A stretch of DNA of 64,000 nt, from the NCBI GenBank assembly GCA_011109175.1, contig RDEW01000014.1, positions 1,226,143 to 1,290,142 on the forward strand. Reading direction: 5' to 3'. Origin of the DNA: Dicyema japonicum. Taxonomy: Eukaryota > Animalia > Dicyemida. Each line of letters starts with the position of its first letter. Positions within the stretch are counted from its first letter, which is position 1. The translations under genes and the position numbers were made by a program. Shown in pieces: positions 62,276-64,000 of this stretch. A model generated the notes under the pieces. That model searched no databases. It was not told the origin of the DNA and was given only the letters and a program-made list of their open reading frames with translations.

Positions 62276-62404
62276 ATCTGCATTGACTAGCTAGACGTGC
62301 TTGTGTGGGAACGAAGTTACAAATTATTACGAACTTTATATTAGTTCTCCAGATTCCTCTGGTTTGATGCTGCCTCGTATTTGATTTAATTAATAAAATG
62401 TTTC

Positions 62405-62773
62405 TTACGTTATTATTTTTTCGGGTCTCAGCCTTTTCCCAAGCTGACCGTGGGTGAGTTGTTGTCATAGCAAGGTTGGAAGGAGAGAGGTCATCAGGAC
62501 AGGTGGCGTCCCAGGGGAGATATCTACCACTTTCCCAGCACATGTGGCGTCCCAAAATTTATTCCGTAAGGATCTTCCTGGACACTGAGNACGTTATTAT
62601 TTTTTAGGGTCTCAGCCTTTTCCCAAGCTGACCGTGGGTGAGTTGTTGTCATAGCAAGGTTGGAAGGAGAGAGGTCATCAGGACAAGTAGCGTCCCAGGG
62701 GAGATATCTACCACTTTCCCAGCACATGTGGCGTCCCAAAATTTATTCCGTAAGGATCTTCCTGGACACTGAG
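62405..62773 (-). mobile_element. CRE-like endonuclease fragment, duplicated around an N
   Basis: WESGRYLPWDATCPD..AWEKAET occurs twice. Confidence 0.7.
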
Positions 62774-62774
62774 T

Positions 62775-63430
62775 CAAAAATCTTCTCTATATTTACTGAA
62801 CCAGCACGCTTTTCAGTTTTGATATCCTTTTAGTTCCGTCCACTAATTGTCTTATGTCTTCAGATTATTTCTCGTTGGATTAGTTCTCTCGTTTCAGCAT
62901 CAATTGGATGTGATGGACGTTCAGGGAGACTCATGAATATTTTGCGAGCTCGGAATATAATCTAGATATTTGCTTGATAAAACGTGTGAAAGCGGGCCAT
63001 AATGCTAGTGAAAAGTTAACCTTAATTCTAGGGAATGACGGTGGAGGGGATATTTACATATTAACAACTGTCAATCGGAGAGAAAGTAGGCGGATTCTCA
63101 GAGTTAGTTGTTCCAGCGTGTCGTCTTAGGGGGAAGGATCAATATATGGTTCCTGATTGGCGTAATAAGGCCTCCTCTCCCTCCATGGCTTCTATCTAGC
63201 CTGAAAACTAAGTATCCTGGAAAGTTGGAGGTTGGCCGCCGTGGTTTTAGTTTTGCCTCTTGGAAAAGAGCTATATCCACTGAATGTTTGACTAGAAAGC
63301 GTTGTCCTCGACGTCTCAGCAAGAAAAAAGCAGGATCCGACACCATCAGCGCCTCCATGGTTGCGTGATAGTGAGTTTGAAACACTTCAAGTGAGGGATG
63401 CCACCACGTAGATGAGTCACGCAACATCAA
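62775..63430 (-). mobile_element. Vingi-like LINE 5' fragment with structured leader and truncated 2A
   Basis: WCRILLFSC*DVEDN, then a deletion to VDIALFQEAKL..FPGY..RLDR..GGLI. Confidence 0.7.
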
Positions 63431-63479
63431 ATTAAATTAAGGATTTCATTAATAATGATAACACCAGAAGACCNTAATA

Positions 63480-64000
63480 AATTCTTTCATATATTTGGAA
63501 ATGTAGGAATTGATAGAATAGTTGCATAACCTAGATAAAACGATCTGTGTCTGAGGTCCTAAGCACAGGCACTGTCAGGGTCACAGGCACGGGTGAGGCG
63601 TAGTAATTTAATAGACTTGTCCACATCATGAGGACTGAAGAAGGTAGTATATGGTTTCTGTTGTGGACCACATCATTTGATAGATCGACACATAATATTA
63701 CATAAGATTGTATGCAAGTTTCTGTGCGGATTCTAAGGCACTACGAGTAATGACTTTTACGGAGATGATGTAGAAATTAACATTATGTCGGTTTTCAGAA
63801 TTACTGAAGTTAATATCTTGGATACCTTGTCAATTTAAAAGTTTTCAAAAGCGAATAAGTAAATGATTGTTTATATGAGCGCTAAAACCAATCCAATCAG
63901 TCTTCGAACTTTGTAGAAAACCATGAGAAACAAATAGGTCTTTTGAGCCTTTAACACAATTGGGTTATAGTCGCTTGAAAAACAATGGTTAACAGTACAC
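63480..64000 (-). mobile_element. Vingi-like LINE internal fragment
   Basis: RLTRACDPDS region is homologous to 56930-57060 (LRPTRACGSDG). Confidence 0.55.

Overview
AT-rich eukaryotic (animal) genomic scaffold, not prokaryotic. Roughly two thirds is a dense graveyard of transposable elements. These include non-LTR retrotransposons of at least five kinds (RTE, Ingi/Vingi-like, gag+APE+RT I/Jockey-like, R4/Dong-like and CRE-like with restriction-like endonuclease), plus pogo/Tigger and hAT DNA transposons, often nested. Between them sit compact host genes split by tiny, mostly 21-28 nt spliceosomal introns: EBP, a miniaturised LGN/Pins (GPSM), SURF6, WRAP53/TCAB1, SLC44A (about 20 introns), MDH1B, a decayed PDE1 copy and a possible decayed CNBD-type channel. 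A TPR-GoLoco gene, the cilia-associated MDH1B and ~23-nt introns suggest a highly reduced ciliated metazoan such as a dicyemid (inference). The most notable signal is an Ingi/Vingi-like LINE family. Three divergent 5' ends share an HDV-like nested pseudoknot topology, followed by a leader without an in-frame AUG and a 2A/StopGo peptide (GDVEPNPGP) placed just before the APE domain. All calls come from manual translation and recalled family motifs; no searches were run.
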